Source: Candidatus Pyrohabitans jungbluthii (GTDB lineage Archaea; Hydrothermarchaeota; Hydrothermarchaeia; Hydrothermarchaeales; BMS3B). Taken from it: a DNA stretch of 64,000 nt. The notes beneath the pieces are model-generated. The model searched no databases and had not been told where the DNA came from. It worked only from the letters and a program-made list of their open reading frames with translations. Below are positions 19,103 through 29,095 of this stretch, in pieces. The DNA is taken from NCBI GenBank assembly GCA_002010065.2, contig MTMD02000002.1, forward strand, positions 384,001 to 448,000. The letters run 5' to 3'. The translations under genes and the position numbers were made by a program. Each line of letters opens with the position of its first letter. Within the stretch, counting starts at the first letter, position 1.

Positions 19103-19993
19103 ATGGGAGAGGTGTACAGTAACTTTATGCGCAGCCTGCTGAGCAGTGAGTTTACCATAAGCGGGGAGATAGATCCGCCCAAGGATGCGAACCGCGCTGC
19201 CGTAGAAGAGCAGGTGAAGCACCTGAAGGACCATGTGGTCGCGGCTAACGTCACAGACAACCCCATCGGAGACGTGATAATGAACACCCTTGCACCCTGC
19301 GTGATAATGCAGGAGCTTGGGTTAGAGGCAATTTACCAGGCTACGTGCAGAGATCGCAACAGGATAGCGCTTCAGAGCGACATAATAGGTGCGGCTGCGC
19401 TGGGGATAAAGAATGTGCTCGCTCTCACAGGAGACCATACAAAGATGGGTAACCATCCCCAGGCGAAGCCGGTGTTTGACCTCGATTCTGTGCTGCTCAC
19501 CCAGACACTGCGCAGGCTTCGCGAAGGAGAAAACATGGCTGGCGAGAAGCTGGAGCACCCGCCCAAGGTGCACATAGGTGTGGGGCTAAGCCCTGGCGTT
19601 GAACCCCTGGAGCCTGAGATTATCAAGCTTGAGAAGAAGATCGAAGCAGGCGCAGAATTTGTGCAGACCCAGTGCATATACGATGAGAAGGTGCTGGAGC
19701 GCCTTAAAGAGGCGACGGCGCATCTCGACATTCCCATCCTCCCCGGCATAGCGCCCCTGCGAAGCGTGGGCATGGCAAAGTTCATGCAGGCAAACGTGCC
19801 AGGGATAAGCATCCCCGAGGAGATGCTGGCTAAGCTCGAGAAGAGCAAGGACCTTACAGAGACCGCCATAGATATAGCCGCCGAACTCATTGCCGCGGTT
19901 AAGGACTACGGCTTCCCCGGTGTGCACATAATGCCAGTAGGAATGGACCGCTATGTGGGGGAGATGATCGCTCGCAGCGGGGTGCGCAGGTAA
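19103..19993 (+). CDS. metF: Methylenetetrahydrofolate reductase
   Basis: EIDPPK, NVTDNP, CRDRNRIALQS, LALTGDH, KKIEAGAEFVQTQ. Confidence 0.93.
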   Translation: MGEVYSNFMRSLLSSEFTISGEIDPPKDANRAAVEEQVKHLKDHVVAANVTDNPIGDVIMNTLAPCVIMQELGLEAIYQATCRDRNRIALQSDIIGAAALGIKNVLALTGDHTKMGNHPQAKPVFDLDSVLLTQTLRRLREGENMAGEKLEHPPKVHIGVGLSPGVEPLEPEIIKLEKKIEAGAEFVQTQCIYDEKVLERLKEATAHLDIPILPGIAPLRSVGMAKFMQANVPGISIPEEMLAKLEKSKDLTETAIDIAAELIAAVKDYGFPGVHIMPVGMDRYVGEMIARSGVRR

Positions 19994-20108
19994 GCACCCC
20001 TTTAATTTATTATGACCTCAGCTTGCCTGCGCACGCAAAGGGCAAGGATGTTTATATTAAGGAGAGGAAGATATAACCCTGCCTTCGTTACCTTTTCTTC
20101 CTCGCCCT

Positions 20109-21251
20109 GTGCAGGAGAAGGGAAAGAGCGAGGCTGAGGTTAGGCGCCTTCTCAGGGAGGCGAGGAGGAGAGACTTAACTTACGCTAGCGGGCGCATTTT
20201 AAGCTCAATGTGTACCTCGCCTCTGCCCATCGCTTCCCGGGCTTTCTGCGAGTTTTTGGAGACCAACCTGGGCGATCCTGGCTTGTTCCAGGGTACCAAG
20301 CAGCTCGAGGAGCGCGCTGTTAAAGCGATAGGCTCGCTGCTGGGCAACCCTGAAGCTAAAGGCTTCATAGTGAGCGGGGGCACAGAGGCAAATATAACGG
20401 CACTTTTCGCTGCCCGCGAAGTAGCGAAAGTAGCCAGGCCAGAGGTGGTGCTCCCTTCCACAGCCCACTTCTCCTTCGAGAAGGCAGCGCGAATGCTGGG
20501 CTTGAGGCTGATAAAGGCTGAGGTAGGCGAGGACAACACCGTCGTGGTTGGCGATGTGGAGCGAAAGATAACCCCCAACACTGTCGCCATCGTAGGAATC
20601 GCAGGCAACACGGAGTACGGCGCTGTCGACGACATCGCGGCGCTTTCGGAGATTGCGCTTGAGCACGGGCTTTACCTGCACGTTGACGCCGCCTTCGGGG
20701 GCTTTGTCCTGCCCTTCCTTAAAGAACTGGGCTACCCTGCGCGGGATTTCGACTTTTCTCTCCGCGGGGTGTGCTCAATCACAGTGGACCCCCACAAGAT
20801 GGGCTTAGCCCCTGTACCAAGTGGAAGTGTGCTCTTCCGTGAGGCGAGCTACCTGGAGCTTCTGCAGGTGGAATCGCCCTACCTCACGCAGCCCAGGCAG
20901 TGCACCATTCTGGGTACAAGAAGCGGGGCAAGCGCCGCCGCAGTGTTTGCTGCTCTCACCTATCTCGGCAGGGAAGGGTATCGCAAAGTGGTTAAGGAGT
21001 GCATGGAGGTTACGCAGCTTCTGCGCCAGGGGCTAGAAGAGCTGGGGATGCGCGTACCTGAGCCCTGGATGAATATCTTGGTTTTCGACCATCCGCGAAG
21101 GGAGGAGATCGCCCAAGAATTGCGCAAGCGCGGCTGGGCGATATCGCGAACGCGTCGCGGAGAGATTCGCCTTGTGGTAATGCCCCACGTTAAGAGAGAG
21201 CATGCGGAGCAGTTTCTGCGCGATGTGGGGGAGGTTGTGAAGAAGCTATAG
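20109..21251 (+). CDS. mfnA: PLP-dependent tyrosine/aspartate decarboxylase
   Basis: ILSSMCT, TNLGDPGLF, SGGTEAN, HVDAAFGG, DPHKMG, GTRSG. Confidence 0.92.
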   Translation: MQEKGKSEAEVRRLLREARRRDLTYASGRILSSMCTSPLPIASRAFCEFLETNLGDPGLFQGTKQLEERAVKAIGSLLGNPEAKGFIVSGGTEANITALFAAREVAKVARPEVVLPSTAHFSFEKAARMLGLRLIKAEVGEDNTVVVGDVERKITPNTVAIVGIAGNTEYGAVDDIAALSEIALEHGLYLHVDAAFGGFVLPFLKELGYPARDFDFSLRGVCSITVDPHKMGLAPVPSGSVLFREASYLELLQVESPYLTQPRQCTILGTRSGASAAAVFAALTYLGREGYRKVVKECMEVTQLLRQGLEELGMRVPEPWMNILVFDHPRREEIAQELRKRGWAISRTRRGEIRLVVMPHVKREHAEQFLRDVGEVVKKL

Positions 21252-21252
21252 A

Positions 21253-22494
21253 CTACTCGTATATCCCCCGCAGCTCCCTCACTCTAGCCACACGCTCCAC
21301 AGCCAAGAGATAGGCCGCAAGGCGAAGGCTTACGCTCTCTTGCTCTGCCCGCTCCACCACCTCTATAAAGCTTCTGCTCATAACCCTTTCCAGCTCTGCA
21401 TTGAAGCGTTCCTCATCCCAGTAAAAGCCGTTCCTGTTCTGTACCCATTCAAAGTAGCTTCCCGTAACACCGCCAGCGTTGGCTAAAATGTCAGGAACCA
21501 CCAGAATGCTGCGCTCCTCCAGAATCCTGTCCGCTTCTGGCGTAACAGGGCCGTTCGCCCCTTCAACCACCATCTTCGCATTGACATTATCAGCGTTCGC
21601 GCTGGTTATCACCCTCTCAAGGGCAGCGGGCACAAGGATGTCCACCTCCAGCGAGAGAAGCTCCTCATTTGTTATCTCCTTGGCCCCGGGAAATCCCAGC
21701 ACGCTCCCATGCCTGCGCTTGTGCTCCAGCACAGCCTCCGGATCAAGACCGCTCTCCGAAAAAATCCCGCCCTTTGAGTCGCTCACAGCAAGTATGCGAT
21801 ACCCCATCTCGTGCAGGAACTTCGCAGCGTGGTAGCCCACATTACCAAAGCCCTGCACAGCAACGCATTTGCAGCTAAGGTTGAACCTCTCCGCCGCCTC
21901 TTTGGCCACTATCGCCACACCACGCCCTGTAGCCGCCTCCCTCCCAGGCGCGCCGCCTATCTCAACCGGCTTACCCGTAACTACGGCTGGCGTAGGATAG
22001 CCGAGATGTGCAGAGTAGGTGTCCATTATCCACGCCATCACCTGCGCATTGGTGTAAACGTCCGGCGCAGGTATGTCGCGTTCAGGCCCAATAAAGTCCA
22101 TTATTCGCGAGGTGTACGCTCTGGTTAAACGCTCGAGCTCCGCCTGGGAAAGCTCCTTCGGATTGCATACCACGCCACCCTTGGCTCCGCCAAAGGGGAT
22201 ATTCACCACCGCACACTTCCAGGTCATCCACATCGCCAGAGCCTTGACCTCGCCGAGAGTAAGCTCCGGATGGTAGCGGATGCCCCCCTTAAACGGCCCC
22301 CTTGCGTTGTTGTGCTGCACCCGGTAGCCGGTAAAGACACGAATCTCACCGCTGTCTAGGCGCACTGGAACAGATACTTGCACCACGCGCTGCGGCTGCT
22401 TAAGGACCTCGCATATCCCCCTCTCCAGCTGAAGCATGCGACAAGCTTCGGTAAGCTGCCTCACCGCCATTTCGTAGGAGTTGTTACCGCCCAT
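21253..22494 (-). CDS. gdhA: Glutamate dehydrogenase
   Basis: GPFKGGIRYH, GGAKGG, DIPAPDV, VQGFGNVG, EGANGP, PDILANAGGV. Confidence 0.95.
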   Translation of the reverse strand: MGGNNSYEMAVRQLTEACRMLQLERGICEVLKQPQRVVQVSVPVRLDSGEIRVFTGYRVQHNNARGPFKGGIRYHPELTLGEVKALAMWMTWKCAVVNIPFGGAKGGVVCNPKELSQAELERLTRAYTSRIMDFIGPERDIPAPDVYTNAQVMAWIMDTYSAHLGYPTPAVVTGKPVEIGGAPGREAATGRGVAIVAKEAAERFNLSCKCVAVQGFGNVGYHAAKFLHEMGYRILAVSDSKGGIFSESGLDPEAVLEHKRRHGSVLGFPGAKEITNEELLSLEVDILVPAALERVITSANADNVNAKMVVEGANGPVTPEADRILEERSILVVPDILANAGGVTGSYFEWVQNRNGFYWDEERFNAELERVMSRSFIEVVERAEQESVSLRLAAYLLAVERVARVRELRGIYE

Positions 22495-22640
22495 CCTCCT
22501 CTTCCTCAAGATTCCACAGTATTTCCTATTTATACCAAGTATCTATGGTCGCAGGAGGTAATAGGAACCCGCTGGTGGTTCCTATACACAGCAAAGTTTT
22601 TATCTTTTGTGGTTTAATAATCCAAGCGAGGAGGGAAGAG

Positions 22641-23018
22641 GTGGAAATACTACTCGTAGACGATGAAAGGGTGACAGGCAGACTGGTAAAGAAACTTCTG
22701 GAGAGGCATGGCTACAGCGTTAAGGTTGTTAATTCAGGCGACGAGGCGCTGGATTTGCTTAAGTCGGGATACAAACCTTCGCTCATCCTCATGGACGTTT
22801 TTATGCCGGAGATGAGCGGAATAGAGGTGAGCAAAAAGATAAAAGCCAACCCTGCCACCACCGGGATACCCCTGCTGCTTTTCACAGTCCTCGGCCTGGT
22901 GCCTGGAATCAGGCATGCAATTAAAGAAAGCGGTGCCGATGACTACGTGGCAAAACCCTTTGAGAAGGACACTCTCCTGGAGAAAATAAGGCACCATCTC
23001 GCTGAAACTACTTCCTGA
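22641..23018 (+). CDS. Single-domain response regulator (CheY-like)
   Basis: ILLVDDE, LMDVFMPEMSG, YVAKPF; GTG at 22641 follows a purine-rich RBS. Confidence 0.88.
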   Translation: MEILLVDDERVTGRLVKKLLERHGYSVKVVNSGDEALDLLKSGYKPSLILMDVFMPEMSGIEVSKKIKANPATTGIPLLLFTVLGLVPGIRHAIKESGADDYVAKPFEKDTLLEKIRHHLAETTS

Positions 23019-23439
23019 GAAGCTCTGTGTACTTCTTTAAATTCTTGCTGCTTTCAAAAGCCGAGGAGAGGCTCACAAGATACTCCCCATCCTCACCTGC
23101 GACGATTATCGGCTCCTTCATCATCAAGCTGGCAACGTCAATCTCGTACACACCATCTTTAACCTTAATGTTCCAGATGTCCTCCTCCTTCGGCTTTCTG
23201 GACATCTTCGCCTTAAGCTTCTGCCACCCACTCTTGCGCTTTTCCTCTGCCTCGCGTATTATCTCAGCAAACCTCTTACTCGCCACCCTCCTGAGCTTTT
23301 TCTCCTTGAGCTGAGTAGCTTCGCTAGAGGAGAGCTTCCTGAAATACAGGAACATGCGATTCCCGCATTCACACCCTCTTAAGATTCTTTCGTCGTCCTC
23401 CTGGTAGACTTTCCCGCACCGCGTGCACTTATGGGGCGT
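23008..23439 (-). CDS. oapC: OapC / DUF2072-type Zn-ribbon protein, apparent ACG start
   Basis: In-frame upstream extension of the listed ORF reads (ACG)PHKCTRCG...RGCECGNRMFLY; C-terminal GVYEIDVASLM...GEYLVSL. Confidence 0.75.
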   Translation of the reverse strand, partial: TPHKCTRCGKVYQEDDERILRGCECGNRMFLYFRKLSSSEATQLKEKKLRRVASKRFAEIIREAEEKRKSGWQKLKAKMSRKPKEEDIWNIKVKDGVYEIDVASLMMKEPIIVAGEDGEYLVSLSSAFESSKNLKKYTELLRK

Positions 23440-23832
23440 TTACTTCCCCTCCTTCTTCTTTTTCTCCTCCTGCGGGATATCCACCTTCGCGAGCATTGAG
23501 ATATAGTCAGGCTCCCGCTTTATCGCCTCTATCAAACGCGTTGGACCAACGATGGTTATTCCATGCCTTCTGCCAGCGATGTACTCAGCTATCTTCTCGC
23601 GTAGCCCCTTGGCTCTGGAGTCTATGCGGTAAAACTCTATGCCGTGAAATTCCTCGGCGTCTATCTCGCGCATCGTAGCCTCGATAAGCTCCGCCTCTTC
23701 CTGTGGCTCCAGCGCCTCCTCAAGCACCACGATGATGTTCCTCTTAATTTTGTCCAGGATGAAGCTTATCTTCTCGGCGCTGCCCTTCCTCGCAAGGGTT
23801 TCCGCACTGACGAAATCCAGCTGAATCTCCAT
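23440..23832 (-). CDS. oapB: OapB / DUF2073 family protein
   Basis: EKISFILD, IVVLEEAL.PQEEAELIEATM..ID, F.GIE, TIVGP; sits between the Era-like GTPase and the Zn-ribbon gene. Confidence 0.8.
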   Translation of the reverse strand: MEIQLDFVSAETLARKGSAEKISFILDKIKRNIIVVLEEALEPQEEAELIEATMREIDAEEFHGIEFYRIDSRAKGLREKIAEYIAGRRHGITIVGPTRLIEAIKREPDYISMLAKVDIPQEEKKKKEGK

Positions 23833-23841
23833 AGCTCCACC

Positions 23842-24471
23842 TCAGGTAAGGTGCTCCTGAATCGCCTCGTACAGCTTCTCTATGTTCTCCCCCGTGGCGG
23901 CGCTTATGGGCACAACCACATGCTGCGGAAAGGCGTTGGCTATTGAGTCGGGGTTAGCCTCGGGCAGGTCTATCTTGTTTGCTACAATTATCATTGGTAT
24001 CCCCCTCGCTTCCAGATTGCCAATAATCGTAACATTTACCTGAGTATAGGGATCCTGGGTGGAGTCCAGCACCACTAGCACGGCGTCGACGTTATCCAGC
24101 CACTTTATTGCCTCGATTACTCCCTTCGTCGCTTCTCTCGCTCTCGCCTTCGCCTCTTCCTCGCTCATCCCGAAAGCCTTGAAGCTCTTGTAGTCCACCT
24201 GCGTAGCTATTCCCGGCATGTCTACGATGTTCATCTTAAGCTCGCCGTTGTTCGTCGTAACGACGATGTTCTCAATCTTCTGCACATGCCTGGTCTCGTG
24301 GGGCACTTCTGAGACTGTGCCCACCTCCTTACCCAGCCAGTCGAGAGAGATGCGGTTCGCAAGCGTGGTCTTGCCCGCGTTGACTGGTCCATAAAAGCCG
24401 AGCTGTATCTGCTTCTTCCTCTTGAATATCTTCAGAAGTTTCCGGAGGCTCTTTTTGAGCTCGCTTAACAT
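23842..24471 (-). CDS. oapA: Era-like GTP-binding protein OapA
   Basis: [29 protein letters not shown]; [14 protein letters not shown]. Confidence 0.85.
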   Translation of the reverse strand: MLSELKKSLRKLLKIFKRKKQIQLGFYGPVNAGKTTLANRISLDWLGKEVGTVSEVPHETRHVQKIENIVVTTNNGELKMNIVDMPGIATQVDYKSFKAFGMSEEEAKARAREATKGVIEAIKWLDNVDAVLVVLDSTQDPYTQVNVTIIGNLEARGIPMIIVANKIDLPEANPDSIANAFPQHVVVPISAATGENIEKLYEAIQEHLT

Positions 24472-24535
24472 GGTGATACCTCTTTTCAATAGATTTTTAT
24501 TGTAGATTTATATAGGTTGTGGTAGAGGTGTTTGC

Positions 24536-25339
24536 ATGAGGCTCAACCCGGACGAAGAGGAGCTGGAGCGCGCAAGGCGGGAGATCATTAGCTTTATCCG
24601 TGAGGAGGTGGCTAACGCTGGAGCGCAGGGTGGTGTGGTGGGAATAAGCGGAGGGATAGACTCGGCGCTTACCGCAACTCTGGCAAAAGAAGCGCTGGGC
24701 GATAACCTTCTCGCCTTAATTATGCCTGAGCGCGGGGTTACCAGCGATGCAGATGTGAGGGACGCGAAAGAGCTAGCCTCAAGGCTTGAAATACCCTACC
24801 ACGTGGTGGAGATTTCCCCCGCCGTTGCTGAGGTTATGCGCAGCTTTCCTTTCGACGCATTCCCAGAGGAGCAGCAAAAGCTGGCGGTGGCGAATATTAA
24901 GCCAAGGCTGAGGATGATTAACCTCTACCTGGCAGCGAACCTCAAAAACCTCCTGGTTATAGGCACCGGGAATAAAACCGAGCTTCTTCTTGGCTACTTC
25001 ACAAAGTACGGCGATGGAGGCGTGGACCTCCTGCCAATAGCCGATCTCTACAAGACGCAGGTGCGCGCCCTTGCTAGGCACGTGGGCGTACCCGAGAAGA
25101 TAATCCACAAAACTCCAAGCGCGGGGCTGTGGCGCGGTCAAGCCGACGAGGCTGAGCTGGGAATGAGCTACTCCGAGCTTGATCGAATACTCTATGCGCT
25201 GTACGATGAGGAGCTTTCGCCTTCGCAGGCTGCAGAGAAGCTGAATATAAGCGTGGAGAAGGTGCGCGCCGTCGAAGCGAGGGTTAAGGCGAATGAGCAC
25301 AAGCGCAGAATGCCGAGGATAAAGGAGTTTGAGTGGTAG
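24536..25339 (+). CDS. nadE: NH3-dependent NAD+ synthetase
   Basis: GISGGIDS, NIKPRLRM, GTGNKTE, GYFTKYGDG, PSAGLW, HKR. Confidence 0.96.
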   Translation: MRLNPDEEELERARREIISFIREEVANAGAQGGVVGISGGIDSALTATLAKEALGDNLLALIMPERGVTSDADVRDAKELASRLEIPYHVVEISPAVAEVMRSFPFDAFPEEQQKLAVANIKPRLRMINLYLAANLKNLLVIGTGNKTELLLGYFTKYGDGGVDLLPIADLYKTQVRALARHVGVPEKIIHKTPSAGLWRGQADEAELGMSYSELDRILYALYDEELSPSQAAEKLNISVEKVRAVEARVKANEHKRRMPRIKEFEW

Positions 25340-25348
25340 TTTTTGATT

Positions 25349-25705
25349 GGTATCCACTGCTCCGGTGCGTTGCCACAGGCTTGCCTGTTTGTGATGTACC
25401 CACGGTAGCATTCGTCCGAGTACATGCCATATGGTAGCTTTACCTCCACCCATACATGTTCTACGAGGATTTTCTTGTTGGATAACTCAGCCGGTACATA
25501 ATTCTCCCATAATAGTTGTAGGGCTTCTTCCGTTGAGTTGACGCCCAGGACCATCTGCATGTACTCAGGTTCGACTTCTACTGTTCCAATCACAAACCTT
25601 GTTTGATATCCCGATGCCCTTAGTAAATCACTCAATAAGGCAGCCTGGTCGAAGTCGTTGCCTGCTTTCTCCCACATCGTCCACAGCGAGCCCTTCATGT
25701 AGCCG
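25349..25705 (-). pseudogene. Orphan fragment of the transglutaminase-like core of the 1188-aa toxin carrier
   Basis: Gap-free alignment to 34099-34455 (offset 8750): GYMKGSLW...GNDFDQAALL...HVWVEV...EQWIP. Differences are mostly third-position; there is an identical run at about 25448-25509. Confidence 0.9.
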
Positions 25706-25767
25706 CCACCTCTATTGCAATGTTAATATATTCATATTATTTTATTTAATTATCTGAAGAAAATCTC

Positions 25768-26238
25768 CTATTTTTCCAATAACCGTATAAAATAGATAGC
25801 TAGACCCATTATTACATAAAAAATACCCAATATTCCCACAATATCCAAATCTTCAGGTTTCAGTCCATATTGTAATGAATCATAAATAAAGAGCAGTGCC
25901 CAAGGAGACATAATAAATAAAAGTAATAATATCACTTTTTTTAATGTCCCGATTGCTTTTTTTACTTCTGGGTTCTCTCTTATGGGCTTTCTATAGTATT
26001 CTTCAAACTCTTCTGGATACTTTCGTGGAAAAATGAATGTTATGAATAACCCAAATAGCACCACAGTAATACCAATAGAAAATGTTAAAATATTATCCCA
26101 CCGATGAGTAAATTCTTCTCCTGTGATTATATGATATGAACTACTGAAAATAATCAAAACCATTAAAAAAACGAATAGAAAATAAGTCATTAAATATTGC
26201 CAGCTGACAAATTTTTCCATTGTTTTCTTTTTAATCAC
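25768..26238 (-). CDS. Putative immunity protein 4 (4 TM, FPRKYP motif)
   Basis: AT-rich; immediately downstream of the toxin-tip ORF; paralogous to the other three 4-TM genes. Confidence 0.75.
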   Translation of the reverse strand: MIKKKTMEKFVSWQYLMTYFLFVFLMVLIIFSSSYHIITGEEFTHRWDNILTFSIGITVVLFGLFITFIFPRKYPEEFEEYYRKPIRENPEVKKAIGTLKKVILLLLFIMSPWALLFIYDSLQYGLKPEDLDIVGILGIFYVIMGLAIYFIRLLEK

Positions 26239-26241
26239 TTG

Positions 26242-26496
26242 TTAGTCACCCCATCTACCTTTAGCCCATCTTGCCAGTCTATCAATACCTTTAGAGGCAA
26301 GATAGGCGCCACCGATTACCATTGCCCCGGCAGCAATCGCTGGTGCTGTAGCCAAACCAGCTCCTGCAATAGCTCCCATAGCCAGATACGAGCCCACCAC
26401 AACACCGTATTTTCCTGCTCCTGCAACAGCGTCAATAACTGCATTATTATATTGACCATTATCGAGGTCTCTTTTTTGAGGACAGCAGACAGACAT
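26242..26496 (-). CDS. Orphan toxin tip 4 (Gly/Ala-rich hydrophobic hairpin only)
   Basis: RDLDNGQYNNAVIDAVAGAGK...YLASKGIDRLARWAK aligns with the end of the 451-aa ORF (KDLEEGNKRNAAIDIAAGVAK...YAVDKGIDYATEWAK). Has a GGAGG RBS and ATG. Confidence 0.7.
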   Translation of the reverse strand: MSVCCPQKRDLDNGQYNNAVIDAVAGAGKYGVVVGSYLAMGAIAGAGLATAPAIAAGAMVIGGAYLASKGIDRLARWAKGRWGD

Positions 26497-26505
26497 TTAT
26501 CCTCC

Positions 26506-26994
26506 CTATTTTTCTATTTGATGAATATGATATAACCCCATTCCACAAATCACTGCAACTGCGATAATGTCAAATATTATATATCGGTCAATGTCTTTAA
26601 CCCCTTTTGGTGAAATGAGTAGTACAAATAGCACAAATCCTATGAGAATTAATGGCAGCCCCACCAGCGCTCTTTTTACACCTTTGAAGTCATAATTTTC
26701 TTTTACATGTTTTTTATATAATTCAAAATCTTCTGGGTATCTTTTAGGGAAAATCACGGTAAAAAAAAGTGCAAAAGAGAGAGCTATGACGTACAAAAAG
26801 TATGAGATCGTAGCTCTTATATCTAGCAAATAGTCACCAGTAAAACTATGATATGCCGCAAAAAAGCCGATGGAAAAAATTCCCAATGATATCAGAATTG
26901 GAGAGAGTCGTTTTTCTAATCTGATGAATTTATTTATATCTGATTTAGGATTTCGTTTATTTTTAGTTCTTCTATTTTGCACCATTTTAATCAC
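26506..26994 (-). CDS. Putative immunity protein 3 (4 TM, FPKRYP motif)
   Basis: AT-rich; starts within about 10 nt of the orphan toxin 3 stop; shares the motif of the other immunity-like genes. Confidence 0.75.
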   Translation of the reverse strand: MIKMVQNRRTKNKRNPKSDINKFIRLEKRLSPILISLGIFSIGFFAAYHSFTGDYLLDIRATISYFLYVIALSFALFFTVIFPKRYPEDFELYKKHVKENYDFKGVKRALVGLPLILIGFVLFVLLISPKGVKDIDRYIIFDIIAVAVICGMGLYHIHQIEK

Positions 26995-27002
26995 TCCATT
27001 AT

Positions 27003-28582
27003 CTAAGACTTAGCCCATTCCGTTGCATAATCAATCCCTTTATCAACGGCATAACTTGCCACTACAACTAATGCTACTGCTGGTAAACTGGATGCAGTTA
27101 TACCTGCCAAAACTGCAATTGCTCCTATTTTTGCAACGCCTGCAGCAATATCAATAGCTGCATTTCTCTTATTTCCTTCTTCAAGGTCCTTTTTTACCTT
27201 TACATATGTGTCATGTATAACTAACCCAGCAGCCAATAATCCAAGTCCTCTCTTTACCCACTTAGCTTTACTGGTGAACGACTCCAGGGACTTTGCTTCG
27301 CTGTATGCCGCCTTAGCTGCGCGGCTGCTTTCTTTAAACTTGGCAAGGTATTCCCTGCCCTTAGGTGTATCTCCATACCTGTTTGCCCACTTCTTGTATG
27401 CTCCTGCCCTACCCCTCTCGGAGAGGTATTCCTTCTTCTTTGCTATCGACTGAGAGTTAGACCTGAACTCTGCAGTAGAGACCATGAAGTCTGCAACACC
27501 CATGCCCAGCTCGTAGTCAGGCGAGGAGGTGTCGATAACCCTGTTGCCGTACCTGCTCAGCCTCCGCTTTAGCGCATCGCCATCGCTTGCCTGGTAGTTC
27601 CTCACGTAGTTTTCTACGCTGTTTGGCTGCCTGGACTCGTAGTACTCCTTCTGGGAGTACGTCTCCCCGCTGCCGCCGTGTATCACATTCCCCAGGTCGT
27701 CGCCGATCATCCAGGCGTTGGCGCCAGTGGTCGGGTCTATAACGAGCCAGCCAACGCCGGTCCAGTTGCCTATAACTAAAGAGCGAGCGGGGACCAAAAC
27801 CTCAAGCCCCTGGTTTACGGCGTTGCGGATCGCCTCTCTGGCGGTAGCAGGTATCTCAAGGGTTTCGATTTTATCGGCGTTGGCAGAGGTGATGCGGTAA
27901 ATCGGCACTCCACCCCTTGCTGCTATCTCGAAGATGTTTACGGTGGAAACGCCTGAGGCGTTGTAGAAGTACTCGAAGGCCTGCTTTTCCCACGATGAAG
28001 AGATACCGCCAGCCATGAGGGCGAAGGCTCTTCTTAAGTCTTTATCGCCCTGGAGGGAGAGCACATTCCTCGCCACGTCGATGTGCGCAAAGCTCGGCTC
28101 TATAGCTGTGGGTATGCTCCCGGCATAGGCGGTTTCAAATTTGTAGCCGAAGACCGCCACCGCCGGCGAGGAGCGCCACCACCTGACGCCCATGCTCTCT
28201 GCGAGCATCTGGTAGTTAAGGTCGCTCATGGAGAAGTAGGTAAGGGCATTTAGGGCAAGGTAGCCACCATAGCTCCTGTCAAGGAGCATGTCACCCAAAT
28301 CAAAGGCTATGGCATAGTAGTTGCCAACCTGTAGTGGAGAGGTCACCACCTCACGCATGTTGGGCGTGGTGATGGTGATTTGAAGCTCCTGCCTCGTGCC
28401 AAAGTGGAGGCGTTACCTATGGCTATGATTATGGAGTCAAACATGAGGATGGGCCTGAAGTCGAGGAGGTAAGCCGGAAGGTCGGTGAGGGAAGCCTGGG
28501 CGTTGACAAGCTCGGCAATGTCTTCATTGGCAGGGACGTAGTCGAGGGTTAGCTGCTTGCCAACGGTCTCCACTGCGGCCAT
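27003..28582 (-). pseudogene. Orphan toxin cassette 3: 5'-truncated, frameshifted carrier remnant with intact variable C-terminus (27003-27668)
   Basis: 28343-28582 and 27003-28358 are two frames of one paralog, with a 1-nt deletion near 28404 (NAST|FGTRQELQITITTPNMREVV). There is also an in-frame deletion of about 22 aa after FDLG. Junction reads DPTTGANAWM...IHGGS. Confidence 0.85.
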
Positions 28583-28612
28583 CGAGTATCAGCTCCGCTA
28601 AAGTCAAATGGT

Positions 28613-29095
28613 TCATTCTTCTAGTAATTTCTTTAAAAATCTTCGAGCTAGTAATAGCATAATAGTCCCAAAACCAGATTCAATGATAAGTCTGTCGTTT
28701 TTGCTTCCAATTATATCTCTAAAGAAAATATTAAGTATCACCAAAATAATAAAGCCCCCACCTATAATAACTAAAAGGAAATTTATTATTTTTATAGCAT
28801 TTTTGATACCCTCTTGTCCTTCAGGGCTACTTTTAACTAACGATACGTATTTTTTTGTAAGTCTTGGGAATTGCCTTGGAAAGACGAAATTCAAATATAA
28901 TAACAAAATTATCATAAAAATCAAGAAAATTAAAAGTATATTATCCGCCAATTCACTTTCAAATTTGCCGTGCTTGTAAACCTGGTAATTGTAAATTACA
29001 AGAACTAGTAGCCCAATAGTAGGAATAATCGTATTTAGAAAATCAAATAATGGCTCATATTTTTTCAATATCCTCTCTATTTTTTCCTCATTCAT
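28613..29095 (-). CDS. Putative immunity protein 2 (4 TM, FPRQFP motif)
   Basis: AT-rich; ATG overlaps the stop of the 668-aa ORF (ATGAATGA). Confidence 0.78.
   Translation of the reverse strand: MNEEKIERILKKYEPLFDFLNTIIPTIGLLVLVIYNYQVYKHGKFESELADNILLIFLIFMIILLLYLNFVFPRQFPRLTKKYVSLVKSSPEGQEGIKNAIKIINFLLVIIGGGFIILVILNIFFRDIIGSKNDRLIIESGFGTIMLLLARRFLKKLLEE

Noticed and set aside
25192-25348. C-terminal part of the 168-aa minus-strand ORF
   Set aside because: Homology to the toxin stops at 25349; the rest is read-through antisense to nadE.
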